The notes under the pieces are model-generated. The model saw only the letters and a list, made by a program, of their open reading frames with translations. It did no database searches and had not been told where the DNA came from. Shown one piece after another: positions 28,714 through 42,826 of a stretch of DNA of 64,000 nucleotides. Location: the NCBI GenBank assembly GCA_964016885.1, contig OZ024741.1, positions 262,632,001 to 262,696,000 on the forward strand, given 5' to 3'. The position numbers and the translations under genes were made by a program. This stretch comes from Eledone cirrhosa (taxonomy: Eukaryota). Each line of letters opens with the position of its first letter. The first letter of the stretch is position 1.

Positions 28714-31700
28714 GTTTCGCTTTACGAGTGTTTCGACTTACGAGTGTTTCGACATACGAGTGTTTCGACTTACGAATGTTTTTGCTTACGGGTGTTTCGA
28801 CTTACGAATGTTTTTGCTTACGAGTGTTTCGGTTTACGAGTGTTCCGACTTACGAGTGTTCCGACTTACGAGTGTTTCGGCTTACGAGTGTTTCTGGCTT
28901 ACGAGTGTTTCGACTTACTAATGTTTTTACTTACGAGTGCTTCGGCGTACGAGTGTTTTGACTTACGAGTGTTTCGACTTACGAGTGTTTTGACTTACGA
29001 ATGTTTTGACTTACGGGTGTTTCGGCTTACGAGTGTTTCGACTTACGAGTGTTTCGGCTTGCGAGTGTTTCGACTTACTAATGTTTTTACTTACGAGTGT
29101 TTCGGCGTACGAGTGTTTCGACTTACGAGTGTTTCGACTTACGGGTGTTTTGACTTACGGGTGTTTCGGCTTACGAGTGTTTCGACTTACGAGTGTTTTG
29201 ACTTAAGGGTGTTTCGACTTACGAGTGTTTCGACTTACGAGTGTTTCGACTTACGAGTGTTTCGGATTACGAATGTTTTGACTTGAGGGTTTTCGTCTTA
29301 CGAGTGTTTCGATACGAGTGTTTCGACTTACGAGTGTTTTGACTTACGATTGTTTTGACTTACGGGTATTTCGGCTTACGAGTGTTTCGACTTACGAGTG
29401 TTTCGACGTACGAGTGTTTTGACTTGCGGGTGTTTCGACTTACGAGTGTTTTGGTTTACGTGTGTTTCGACTTACGAATGTTTCGGTTTACGAGTGTTTC
29501 GACTTACGAGTGTTCCGACCTACGAGTGTTTCGGCTACGGATGTTCCGACTTACGAGTATTTTCGGCTTACGAGTGTTTTGACTTACGATTGTTTTGACT
29601 TACGGGTATTTCGGCTTACGAGTGTTTCGACTTACGAGTGTTTCGACTTACGAGTGTTTTGACTTACGGGTGTTTCGACTTACGAGTGTTTTGGTTTACG
29701 TGTGTTTCGACTTACGAATGTTTCGGCTTACGAGTGTTTCGACTTACGAGTGTTTTGACTTACGGGTGTTTCGACTTACGAGTGTTTTGGTTTACGTATG
29801 TTTCGACTTGCGAATGTTTCGGCTTACGAGTGTTTCGACTTACGAGTGTTTAAACTTACGAGTGTTTTGACTTACGGGTGTTTCGACTTACGAGTGTTTT
29901 GGCGTACGAGTGTTTCGACTTACGAGTGTTTCGACTTATGGGTGTTTTGACTTACGGGTGTTTCGGCTTACGAGTGTTTCGACTTACGAGTGTTTTGACT
30001 TAAGGGTGTTTCGACTTACGAGTGTTTCGACTTACGAGTGTTCCGACTTACGGGTGTTTTGACTTACGTGTGTTTTGACATACGAGTGTTTCGACTTACG
30101 AGTGTTTTGACTTACGTGTGTTTTGACATACGAGTGTTTCGATACGAGTGTTTCGACTTACGAGTGTTCTGACTTACGATTGTTCTGACTTACGAGCGTT
30201 CTGACTTACGAGTGTTTCGGCTTACGAGTGTTTCGGCTTACGAGTGGTTCGACTTACGAGTGTTTCGACTTACGAGTGTTCCGACTTACGGGTGTTTCGA
30301 CTTACGAGTGTTTTGGCTTACGGTGTTTCGACTTACGAGTGTTTCGAGTTAAGAGTGTTTTGACTTACGCGTGTTTTGACATACGAGTGTTCTGACTTAC
30401 GAGTGTTCTGACTTACGAGTGTTCTGACTTAGGAGTGTTCTGATTTACGGATGTTTCGAATTATGAGTGTTTCGACTACGAGTGTTTCGACTTACGAGTG
30501 TTTCGACTACGAGTGTTTCGACTTCCGAGTGTTCTGACTTACGAGTGTTCTGACTTACGAGTGTTCCGACTTACGAGTGTTTCGGCTTATGAGTGTTTCG
30601 GCTTACGAGCGTTTCGACTACGAGTGTTTCGACTTACGAATGTTTTTGCTTACGAGTGTTTCGACTTACGAATGTTTTTGCTTACGAATGTTTTTGCTTA
30701 CGAGTGTTCTGACTTGCGAGTGTTTTGACTTACGAGTGTTCCGACTTACGAGTGTTTTGGTTTACGTGTGTTTCGACTTACGAATGTTTCGGCTTACGAG
30801 TGTTTCGACTTACGAGTGTTCCGACCTACGAGTGTTTCGGATACGGATGTTCCGACTTACGAGTATTTTCGGCTTACGAGTGTTTTGACTTACGATTGTT
30901 TTGACTTACGATTGTTTCGGCTTACGAGTGTTTCGACTTACGAGTGTTTCGATTTACGAGTGTTTTGACTTACGGGTGTTTCGACTTACGAGTGTTTCGA
31001 CTTACGAGTGTTTCGACTTACGGTTGTTCTGACTTACGGGTATTCCGACTTACTAGTGATTTGGCATACGAGTGTTTCGACTTACGGGTGTTTTCGGCTT
31101 ACGAGTGTTTCGACTTACGAGTGTTTTGACTTACGATTGTTTCGGATTACGAGTGTTTCGACTTTCGAGTGTTTTGACTTAAGGGTGTTTCGACGAGTGT
31201 TTCGATACGAGTGTTTCGACTTACGGGTGTTCTGACTTACGAGTGTTCTGATTTACGGATGTTTCGAATTATGAGTGTTTCGACTACGAGTGTTTCGACT
31301 TACGAGTGTTTCGACTACGAGTGTTTCGACTTACGAGTGTTCTGACTTACGAGTGTTCTGACTTACGAGTGTTCTGACTTACGAGTGTTCCGACTTACGA
31401 GTGTTTCGGCTTACGAGTGTTTCGGCTTACGAGTGTTTCGACTTACGAGTGTTTTGACTTACGGTGTTTCGGCTTACGAATGTTTTGACTTACGAGTGTT
31501 TTGACTTACGGGTGTTTTGACATACGAGTGTTTCGATACGAGTGTTTCGACTTACGAGTGTTCTGACTTACGAGTGTTCTGACTTACGAGTGTTCTGACT
31601 TACGAGTGTTCCGACTTACGAGTGTTTCGGCTCACGAGTGTTTCGGCTTACGAGTGTTTCGACTTACGAGTGTTTTGACTTACGGGTGTTTCGACTTACG

Positions 31701-34700
31701 AGTGTTTTGGTTTACGTGTATTTCGACTTACGAATGTTTCAGCTTACGAGTGTTTCGACTTACGAGTGTTTCGACTTACGGTTGTTCTGACTTACGGGTA
31801 TTCCGACTTACGAGTGATTTGGCATACGAGTGTTTCGACTTACGAGTGTTTTCGGCTTACGAGTGTTTCGACTTACGAGTGTTTTGACTTACGATTGTTT
31901 CGGCTTACGAGTGTTTCGACTTACGAGTGTTTCGGCTTATGAGTGTTTTGACTTAAGGGTGTTTCGACGAGTGTTTCGATACGAGTGTTTCGACTTACGG
32001 GTGTTCTGACTTACGAGTGTTCTGATTTACGGATGTTTCGAATTATGAGTGTTTCGACTACGAGTGTTTCGACTTACGAGTGTTTCGACTACGAGTTATT
32101 CGACTTACGAGTGTTCTGACTTACGAGTGTTCTGACTTACGGGTGTTCTGACTTACGAGTGTTCCGACTTACGAGTGTTTCGGCTTATGAGTGTTTCGGC
32201 TTACGAGCGTTTCGACTACGAGTGTTTCGACTTACGAATGTTTTTGCTAACGAGTGTTTCGACTTAAGAATGTTTTTGCTTACGAGTGTTTCGGCTTACG
32301 AGTGTTTCGACTTACGAGTGTTTTGACTTACCGGTGTTTCGACTTACGGGTGTTTCGACTTACGAGAGTTTCGACTTACGAGTGTTCTGACTTACGAGTG
32401 TTCTGACTACGAGTGTTCCGACTTGCGAGTGTTTCGGCTTACGAGTGTTTCGACATGCGAGTTTTTTGACTTACGGATGTTTCGACTTACGGGTGTTTCG
32501 ACTCACGAGTGTTTCTACTTACGAGTGTTTCTACTTACGAGTGTTTCGACTTACGAGTGTTCCGACTTACGAGTGTTTTGACTTACGATTGTTCCGACTT
32601 ACGAGTGTTTCGGCTTACGAGTGTTTCGGCTCACGAGTGTTTCGACTTACGAGTGTTCCGACTTACGAGTGTTTCGGCTACGGGTGTTCCGACTTACGAG
32701 TATTTTCGGCTGACGAGTGTTTTGACTTACGATTGTTTTGACTTAGGGGTATTTCGGCTTACGAGTGTTTCGACTTACGGTTGTTCTGACTTACGGGTAT
32801 TCCGACTTACGAGTGATTTGGCATACGAGTGTTTCGACTTACGAGTGTTTTCGGCTTACGAGTGTTTCTACTTACGAGTGTTTTGACTTACGATTGTTTC
32901 GGCTTACGAGTGTTTCGACTTACGAGTGTTTCGGCTTACGAGTGTTTCGTCTTATGAGTGTTTTGACTTAAGGGTGTTTCGACGAGTGTTTCGATACGAG
33001 TGTTTCGACTTACGGGTGTTCTGACTTACGAGTGTTCTGATTTACGGATGTTTCGAATTATGAGTGTTTCGACTACGAGTGTTTCGACTTACGAGTGTTT
33101 CGACTACGAGTGTTTCGACTTACGAGTGTTCTGACTTACGAGTGTTCTGACTTACGGGTGTTCTGACTTACGAGTGTTCCGACTTACGAGTGTTTCGGCT
33201 TATGAGTGTTTCGGCTTACGAGCGTTTCGACCACGAGTGTTTCGACTTACGAATGTTTTTGCTAACGAGTGTTTCGACTTACGAATGTTTTTGCTTACGA
33301 GTGTTTCGGCTTACGAGTCTTTCGACTTACAAGTGTTTCGAATTACGAGTGTTTTGACTTACGGTGTTTCGGCTTACGAGTCTTTCGACATACGAGTGTT
33401 TTGACTTACCGCTGTTTCGACTTACGGGTGTTTCGACTTACGAGAGTTTCGACTTACGAGTGTTCTGACTTACGAGTGTTCTGACTTACGAGTGTTCCGA
33501 CTTGCGAGTGTTTCGGCTTACGAGTGTTTCGACATGCGAGTTTTTTTTACTTACGGATGTTTCGACTTGCGGGTGTTTCGACTCACGAGTGTTTCTACTT
33601 ACGAGTGTTTCGACTTACGAGTGTTCCGACTTACGAGTGTTTTGACTTACGAGTGTTCCGACTTACGAGTGTTTCGGCTTACGAGTGTTTCGGCTCACGA
33701 GTGTTTCGACTTACGAGTGTTCCGACTTACGAGTGTTTCGGCTACGGATGTTCCGACTTACGAGTATTTTCGGCTTACGAGTGTTTTGACTTACGATTGT
33801 TTTGACTTACGGGTATTTCGGCTTACGAGTGTTTCGACTTACGAGTGTTTCGACTTACGAGTGTTTTGACTTACGGGTGTTTCGACTTACGAGTGTTTTG
33901 GTTTACGTGTGTTTCGACTTACGAATGTTTCGGCTTACGAGTGTTTTGACTTACGAGTGTTTTGACTTACGGGTGTTTCAACTTACGAGTGTTTTGGTTT
34001 ACGTGTGTTTCGACTTACGAATGTTTCGGCTTACGAGTGTTTCGACTTACGAGTGTTTAAACTTACGAGTGTTTTGACTTACGGGTGTTTCGACTTACGA
34101 GTGTTTTGGCGTACGAGTGTTTCGACTTACGAGTGTTTCGACTTACGGGTGTTTTGACTTACGGGTGTTTCGGCTTACGAGTGTTTCTACTTACGAGTGT
34201 TTCGACTTACGAGTGTTTCGGATTACGAGTGTTTTGACTTGAGGGTTTTCGACTTACGAGTGTTTCGATACGAGTGTTTCGACTTACGAGTGTTCTGACT
34301 TACGAGTGTTCTGACTTACGAGTGTTCTGACTTACAAGTGTTCTTACTTACGAGTGTTCCGACTTACGAGTGTTCCGACTTACGAGTGTTTCGGCTTACG
34401 AGTGTTTCGGCTTACGAGTGTTTCGACTTACGAGTGTTTCGACTTACGAGTGTTCCGACTTACGGGTGTTTCGACTTACGAGTGTTTTGGTTTACGGTGT
34501 TTCGGCTTACGAGTGTTTCGAGTTACGAGTGTTTTGACTTACGGTGTTTCGGTTTACGCGTGTTTCGACTTACGAGTGTTTTGACTTACGGGTGTTTTGA
34601 CATACGAGTGTTTCGATACGAGTGTTCTGACTTACGAGTGTTCTGACTTACGAGTGTTCTAACTTACGGGTGTTCTGACTTACGAGTGTTCCGACTTACG

Positions 34701-37700
34701 AGTGTTTCGACTTATGAGTGTTTCGGCTTACGAGCGTTTCGACTACGAGTGTTTCGACTTACGAATGTTTTTGCTTACGAGTGTTTCGACTTACGAATGT
34801 TTTTGCTTACGAATGTTTTTGCTTACGAGTGTTCTGACTTACGAGTGTTTTGACTTACGAGTGTTCCGACTTACGAGTGTTTTGGTTTACGTGTGTTTCG
34901 ACTTACGAATGTTTCGGCTTACGAGTGTTTCGACTTACGAGTGTTCCGACCTACGAGTGTTTCGGCTACGGATGTTCCGACTTACGAGTATTTTCGGCTT
35001 ACGAGTGTTTTGACTTACGATTGTTTTGACTTACGATTGTTTCGGCTTACGAGTGTTTCGACTTACGAGTGTTTCGATTTATGAGTGTTTTGACTTAAGA
35101 ATATTTTGACTTACGGGTGTTTCGGCTTACGAGTGTTTCGACTTACGAGTGTTTTGACTTACGGGTGTTTCGACTTACGAGTGTTTTGGTTTACGTGTAT
35201 TTCGACTTACGAATGTTTCGGCTTACGAGTGTTTCGACTTACGAGTGTTTCGACTTACGGTTGTTCTGACTTACGGGTATTCCGACTTACGAGTGATTTG
35301 GCATACGAGTGTTTCGACTTACGAGTGTTTTCGGCTTACGAGTGTTTCGACTTACGAGTGTTTTGACTTACGATTGTTTCGGCTTACGAGTGTTTCGACT
35401 TACGAGTGTTTCGGCTTATGAGTGTTTTGACTTAAGGGTGTTTCGACGAGTGTTTCGATACGAGTGTTTCGACTTACGGGTGTTCTGACTTACGAGTGTT
35501 CTGATTTACGGATGTTTCGAATTATGAGTGTTTCGACTACGAGTGTTTCGACTTACGAGTGTTTCGACTACGAGTTATTCGACTTACGAGTGTTCTGACT
35601 TACGAGTGTTCTGACTTACGGGTGTTCTGACTTACGAGTGTTCCGACTTACGAGTGTTTCGGCTTATGAGTGTTTCGGCTTACGAGCGTTTCGACTACGA
35701 GTGTTTCGACTTACGAATGTTTTTGCTAACGAGTGTTTCGACTTAAGAATGTTTTTGCTTACGAGTGTTTCGGCTTACGAGTGTTTCGACTTACGAGTGT
35801 TTTGACTTACCGGTGTTTCGACTTACGGGTGTTTCGACTTACGAGAGTTTCGACTTACGAGTGTTCTGACTTACGAGTGTTCTGACTACGAGTGTTCCGA
35901 CTTGCGAGTGTTTCGGCTTACGAGTGTTTCGACATGCGAGTTTTTTGACTTACGGATGTTTCGACTTACGGGTGTTTCGACTCACGAGTGTTTCTACTTA
36001 CGAGTGTTTCGACTTACGAGTGTTTCGGATTACGAGTGTTTTGACTTGAGGGTTTTCGACTTACGAGTGTTTCGATACGAGTGTTTCGACTTACGAGTGT
36101 TCTGACTTACGAGTGTTCTGACTTACGAGTGTTCTGACTTACAAGTGTTCTTACTTACGAGTGTTCCGACTTACGAGTGTTCCGACTTACGAGTGTTTCG
36201 GCTTACGAGTGTTTCGGCTTACGAGTGTTTCGACTTACGAGTGTTTCGACTTACGAGTGTTCCGACTTACGGGTGTTTCGACTTACGAGTGTTTTGGTTT
36301 ACGGTGTTTCGGCTTACGAGTGTTTCGAGTTACGAGTGTTTTGACTTACGGTGTTTCGGTTTACGCGTGTTTCGACTTACGAGTGTTTTGACTTACGGGT
36401 GTTTTGACATACGAGTGTTTCGATACGAGTGTTCTGACTTACGAGTGTTCTGACTTACGAGTGTTCTAACTTACGGGTGTTCTGACTTACGAGTGTTCCG
36501 ACTTACGAGTGTTTCGACTTATGAGTGTTTCGGCTTACGAGCGTTTCGACTACGAGTGTTTCGACTTACGAATGTTTTTGCTTACGAGTGTTTCGACTTA
36601 CGAATGTTTTTGCTTACGAATGTTTTTGCTTACGAGTGTTCTGACTTACGAGTGTTTTGACTTACGAGTGTTCCGACTTACGAGTGTTTTGGTTTACGTG
36701 TGTTTCGACTTACGAATGTTTCGGCTTACGAGTGTTTCGACTTACGAGTGTTCCGACCTACGAGTGTTTCGGCTACGGATGTTCCGACTTACGAGTATTT
36801 TCGGCTTACGAGTGTTTTGACTTACGATTGTTTTGACTTACGATTGTTTCGGCTTACGAGTGTTTCGACTTACGAGTGTTTCGATTTATGAGTGTTTTGA
36901 CTTAAGAATATTTTGACTTACGGGTGTTTCGGCTTACGAGTGTTTCGACTTACGAGTGTTTTGACTTACGGGTGTTTCGACTTACGAGTGTTTTGGTTTA
37001 CGTGTATTTCGACTTACGAATGTTTCGGCTTACGAGTGTTTCGACTTACGAGTGTTTCGACTTACGGTTGTTCTGACTTACGGGTATTCCGACTTACGAG
37101 TGATTTGGCATACGAGTGTTTCGACTTACGAGTGTTTTCGGCTTACGAGTGTTTCGACTTACGAGTGTTTTGACTTACGATTGTTTCGGCTTACGAGTGT
37201 TTCGACTTACGAGTGTTTCGGCTTATGAGTGTTTTGACTTAAGGGTGTTTCGACGAGTGTTTCGATACGAGTGTTTCGACTTACGGGTGTTCTGACTTAC
37301 GAGTGTTCTGATTTACGGATGTTTCGAATTATGAGTGTTTCGACTACGAGTGTTTCGACTTACGAGTGTTTCGACTACGAGTTATTCGACTTACGAGTGT
37401 TCTGACTTACGAGTGTTCTGACTTACGGGTGTTCTGACTTACGAGTGTTCCGACTTACGAGTGTTTCGGCTTATGAGTGTTTCGGCTTACGAGCGTTTCG
37501 ACTACGAGTGTTTCGACTTACGAATGTTTTTGCTAACGAGTGTTTCGACTTAAGAATGTTTTTGCTTACGAGTGTTTCGGCTTACGAGTGTTTCGACTTA
37601 CGAGTGTTTTGACTTACCGGTGTTTCGACTTACGGGTGTTTCGACTTACGAGAGTTTCGACTTACGAGTGTTCTGACTTACGAGTGTTCTGACTACGAGT

Positions 37701-39989
37701 GTTCCGACTTGCGAGTGTTTCGGCTTACGAGTGTTTCGACATGCGAGTTTTTTGACTTACGGATGTTTCGACTTACGGGTGTTTCGACTCACGAGTGTTT
37801 CTACTTACGAGTGTTTCGACTTACGAGTGTTCCGACTTACGAGTGTTTTAACTTACGATTGTTCCGACTTACGAGTGTTTCGGCTTACGAGTGTTTCGGC
37901 TCACGAGTGTTTCGACTTACGAGTGTTCCGACTTACGAGTGTTTCGGCTACGGATGTTCCGACTTACGAGTATTTTCGGCTGACGAGTGTTTTGACTTAC
38001 GATTGTTTTGACTTAGGGGTATTTCGGCTTACGAGTGTTTCGACTTACGGTTGTTCTGACTTACGGGTATTCCGACTTACGAGTGATTTGGCATACGAGT
38101 GTTTCGACTTACGAGTGTTTTCGGCTTACGAGTGTTTCTACTTACGAGTGTTTTGACTTACGATTGTTTCGGCTTACGAGTGTTTCGACTTACGAGTGTT
38201 TCGGCTTACGAGTGTTTCGTCTTATGAGTGTTTTGACTTAAGGGTGTTTCGACGAGTGTTTCGATACGAGTGTTTCGACTTACGGGTGTTCTGACTTACG
38301 AGTGTTCTGATTTACGGATGTTTCGAATTATGAGTGTTTCGACTACGAGTGTTTCGACTTACGAGTGTTTCGACTACGAGTGTTTCGACTTACGAGTGTT
38401 CTGACTTACGAGTGTTCTGACTTACGGGTGTTCTGACTTACGAGTGTTCCGACTTACGAGTGTTTCGGCTTATGAGTGTTTCGGCTTACGAGCGTTTCGA
38501 CTACGAGTGTTTCGACTTACGAATGTTTTTGCTAACGAGTGTTTCGACTTACGAATGTTTTTGCTTACGAGTGTTTCGGCTTACGAGTCTTTCGACTTAC
38601 AAGTGTTTCGAATTACGAGTGTTTTGACTTACGGTGTTTCGGCTTACGAGTCTTTCGACATACGAGTGTTTTGACTTACCGCTGTTTCGACTTACGGGTG
38701 TTTCGACTTACGAGAGTTTCGACTTACGAGTGTTCTGACTTACGAGTGTTCTGACTTACGAGTGTTCCGACTTGCGAGTGTTTCGGCTTACGAGTGTTTC
38801 GACATGCGAGTTTTTTTTACTTACGGATGTTTCGACTTGCGGGTGTTTCGACTCACGAGTGTTTCTACTTACGAGTGTTTCGACTTACGAGTGTTCCGAC
38901 TTACGAGTGTTTTGACTTACGAGTGTTCCGACTTACGAGTGTTTCGGCTTACGAGTGTTTCGGCTCACGAGTGTTTCGACTTACGAGTGTTCCGACTTAC
39001 GAGTGTTTCGGCTACGGATGTTCCGACTTACGAGTATTTTCGGCTTACGAGTGTTTTGACTTACGATTGTTTTGACTTACGGGTATTTCGGCTTACGAGT
39101 GTTTCGACTTACGAGTGTTTCGACTTACGAGTGTTTTGACTTACGGGTGTTTCGACTTACGAGTGTTTTGGTTTACGTGTGTTTCGACTTACGAATGTTT
39201 CGGCTTACGAGTGTTTTGACTTACGAGTGTTTTGACTTACGGGTGTTTCGACTTACGAGTGTTTTGGTTTACGTGTGTTTCGACTTACGAATGTTTCGGC
39301 TTACGAGTGTTTCGACTTACGAGTGTTTAAACTTACGAGTGTTTTGACTTACGGGTGTTTCGACTTACGAGTGTTTTGGCGTACGAGTGTTTCGACTTAC
39401 GAGTGTTTCGACTTACGGGTGTTTTGACTTACGGGTGTTTCGGCTTACGAGTGTTTCTACTTACGAGTGTTTTGACTTAAGGGTGTTTCGACTTACGAGT
39501 GTTTCGACTTACGAGTGTTTCGGATTACGAGTGTTTTGACTTGAGGGTTTTCGACTTACGAGTGTTTCGATACGAGTGTTTCGACTTACGAGTGTTCTGA
39601 CTTACGAGTGTTCTGACTTACGAGTGTTCTGACTTACAAGTGTTCTTACTTACGAGTGTTCCGACTTACGAGTGTTCCGACTTACGAGTGTTTCGGCTTA
39701 CGAGTGTTTCGACTTACGAGTGTTTCGACTTACGAGTGTTCCGACTTACGGGTGTTTCGACTTACGAGTGTTTTGGTTTACGGTGTTTCGGCTTACGAGT
39801 GTTTCGAGTTACGAGTGTTTTGACTTACGCGTGTTTTGACATACGAGTGTTTCGATACGAGTGTTCTGACTTACGAGTGTTCTGACTTACGAGTGTTCTG
39901 ACTTACGAGTGTTCTGACTTACGAGTGTTCCGACTTTACGAGTGTTTCGGCTCACGAGTGTTTCGGCTTACGAGTGTTTCGACTTACGA

Positions 39990-40058
39990 AAATAACAAAT
40001 AGACGCGGTTTCAAATCTCTATGCTTTTCAAATTAATTACATTAATCTTTATTTATAC
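39990..40058. repeat. 69-bp AT-rich element, copy 4 (subtype A)
   Basis: Matches copy 1 at +12485. Confidence 0.95.
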
Positions 40059-40504
40059 GTTTCGCTTTACGAGTGTTTCGACTTACGAGTGTTTCGACAT
40101 ACGAGTGTTAAGGTTTACGAGTGTTTTGATTTACGAGTGTTTTGACTTACGGGTGCTTCGACTTACGCGTGTTTCGACTTACGAGTTTTTCGACTTACGA
40201 GTGTTTCGACTTACGAGTGTTTCGGCTTACGAGTATTTTGACTTACGAGTGTTTCGGCTGGCGAGTGTTTCGACTTACGAGTGTTTTGGCTTACGATGTT
40301 TCGACTTACGAGTGTTTCGAGTTAAGAGTGTTTTGACTTACGCGTGTTTTGACATACGAGTGTTCTGACTTACGAGTGTTCTGACTTACGAGTGTTCTGA
40401 CTTACGAGTGTTCTGACCTACGAGTGTTCTGACTTACGAGTGTTCCGACTTTACGAGTGTTTCGGCTCACGAGTGTTTCGGCTTACGAGAGTTTCGACTT
40501 ACGA

Positions 40505-40573
40505 AAATAACAAATAGACGCGGTTTCAAATCTCTATGCTTTTCAAATTCATTACATTAATCTTTATTTATAC
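40505..40573. repeat. 69-bp AT-rich element, copy 5 (subtype B)
   Basis: Matches copy 2 at +12485. Confidence 0.95.
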
Positions 40574-41129
40574 GTTTCGCTTTACGAGTGTTTCGACTTA
40601 CGAGTGTTTCGACATACGATTGTTTCGACTTACAAATGTTTTTGCTTACGAGTGTTTCGGTTTACGAGTGTTCCGACTTACGAGTGTTCCGACTTACGAG
40701 TGTTTCGGCTTACGAGTGTTTCCGGCTTACGAGTGTTTCGACTTACGAGTGTTTTGACTTACGGTGTTTCGGCTTACGAGTGATTAGACTTACGAGTGTT
40801 TTGACTTACGGGTGTTTTGACTTACGGGTGTTGTGAATTACGAGTGTTCCGATTTACGAGTGTTTTGAATTACGGTGTTTCGGCTTACAAGTGATTCGAC
40901 TTACGAATGTTTTGACTTACGGGTGTTTCGGCTTGCGAGTGTTTCGAGTTACGAGTGTTTTGACTTACGCGTGTTTTGACATACGAGTGTTTCGATACGA
41001 GTGTTCTGACTTACAAGTGTTCTGACTTACGAGTGTTCTGACTTACGAGTGTTCTGACTTACGAGTGTTCCGACTTTACGAGTGTTTCGGCTCACGAGTG
41101 TTTCGGCTTACGAGTGTTTCGACTTACGA

Positions 41130-41198
41130 AAATAACAAATAGACGCGGTTTGAAATCTCTATGCTTTTCATATTCATTACATTAATCTTTATTCATAC
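41130..41198. repeat. 69-bp AT-rich element, copy 6 (subtype C)
   Basis: Matches copy 3 at +12485. Confidence 0.95.
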
Positions 41199-42757
41199 GT
41201 TTCGCTTTACGAGTGTTTCGACTTACGAGTGTTTCGACATACGAGTGTTTCGACTTACGAATGTTTTTGCTTACGGGTGTTTCGACTTACGAATGTTTTT
41301 GCTTACGAGTGTTTCGGTTTACGAGTGTTCCGACTTACGAGTGTTCCGACTTACGAGTGTTTCGGCTTACGAGTGTTTCTGGCTTACGAGTGTTTCGACT
41401 TACTAATGTTTTTACTTACGAGTGTTTCGGCGTACGAGTGTTTTGACTTACGAGTGTTTCGACTTACGAGTGTTTTGACTTACGAATGTTTTGACTTACG
41501 GGTGTTTCGGCTTACGAGTGTTTCGACTTACGAGTGTTTCGGCTTGCGAGTGTTTCGACTTACTAATGTTTTTACTTACGAGTGTTTCGGCGTACGAGTG
41601 TTTCGACTTACGAGTGTTTCGACTTACGGGTGTTTTGACTTACGGGTGTTTCGGCTTACGAGTGTTTCGACTTACGAGTGTTTTGACTTAAGGGTGTTTC
41701 GACTTACGAGTGTTTCGACTTACGAGTGTTTCGACTTACGAGTGTTTCGGATTACGAATGTTTTGACTTGAGGGTTTTCGTCTTACGAGTGTTTCGATAC
41801 GAGTGTTTCGACTTACGAGTGTTTTGACTTACGATTGTTTTGACTTACGGGTATTTCGGCTTACGAGTGTTTCGACTTACGAGTGTTTCGACGTACGAGT
41901 GTTTTGACTTGCGGGTGTTTCGACTTACGAGTGTTTTGGTTTACGTGTGTTTCGACTTACGAATGTTTCGGCTTACGAGTGTTTTGACTTACGAGTGTTT
42001 TGACTTACGGGTGTTTCGACTTACGAGTGTTTTGGTTTACGTGTGTTTCGACTTACGAATGTTTCGGCTTACGAGTGTTTCGACTTACGAGTGTTTAAAC
42101 TTACGAGTGTTTTGACTTACGGGTGTTTCGACTTACGAGTGTTTTGGCGTACGAGTGTTTCGACTTACGAGTGTTTCGACTTACGGGTGTTTTGACTTAC
42201 GGGTGTTTCGGCTTACGAGTGTTTCTACTTACGAGTGTTTTGACTTAAGGGTGTTTCGACTTACGAGTGTTTCGACTTACGAGTGTTTCGGATTACGAGT
42301 GTTTTGACTTGAGGGTTTTCGACTTACGAGTGTTTCGATACGAGTGTTTCGACTTACGAGTGTTCTGACTTACGAGTGTTCTGACTTACGAGTGTTCTGA
42401 CTTACAAGTGTTCTTACTTACGAGTGTTCCGACTTACGAGTGTTCCGACTTACGAGTGTTTCGGCTTACGAGTGTTTCGACTTACGAGTGTTTCGACTTA
42501 CGAGTGTTCCGACTTACGGGTGTTTCGACTTACGAGTGTTTTGGTTTACGGTGTTTCGGCTTACGAGTGTTTCGAGTTACGAGTGTTTTGACTTACGCGT
42601 GTTTTGACATACGAGTGTTTCGATACGAGTGTTCTGACTTACGAGTGTTCTGACTTACGAGTGTTCTGACTTACGAGTGTTCTGACTTACGAGTGTTCCG
42701 ACTTTACGAGTGTTTCGGCTCACGAGTGTTTCGGCTTACGAGTGTTTCGACTTACGA

Positions 42758-42826
42758 AAATAACAAATAGACGCGGTTTCAAATCTCTATGCTTTTCAAA
42801 TTAATTACATTAATCTTTATTTATAC
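42758..42826. repeat. 69-bp AT-rich element, copy 7 (subtype A)
   Basis: Direct sequence match to copy 1. Confidence 0.95.

Larger units (their letters stand above)
18810..41970 (+). repeat. 10,678-bp unit tandemly duplicated, with an extra 1,807-bp internal duplication in the second copy (12,485 bp)
   Basis: Offset +10678 (18917/29595, 22496/33174, 25224/35902), then +12485 (23660/36145, 27536/40021, 29355/41840). 34338/36145 gives 1807, and 10678+1807=12485. Confidence 0.9.
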
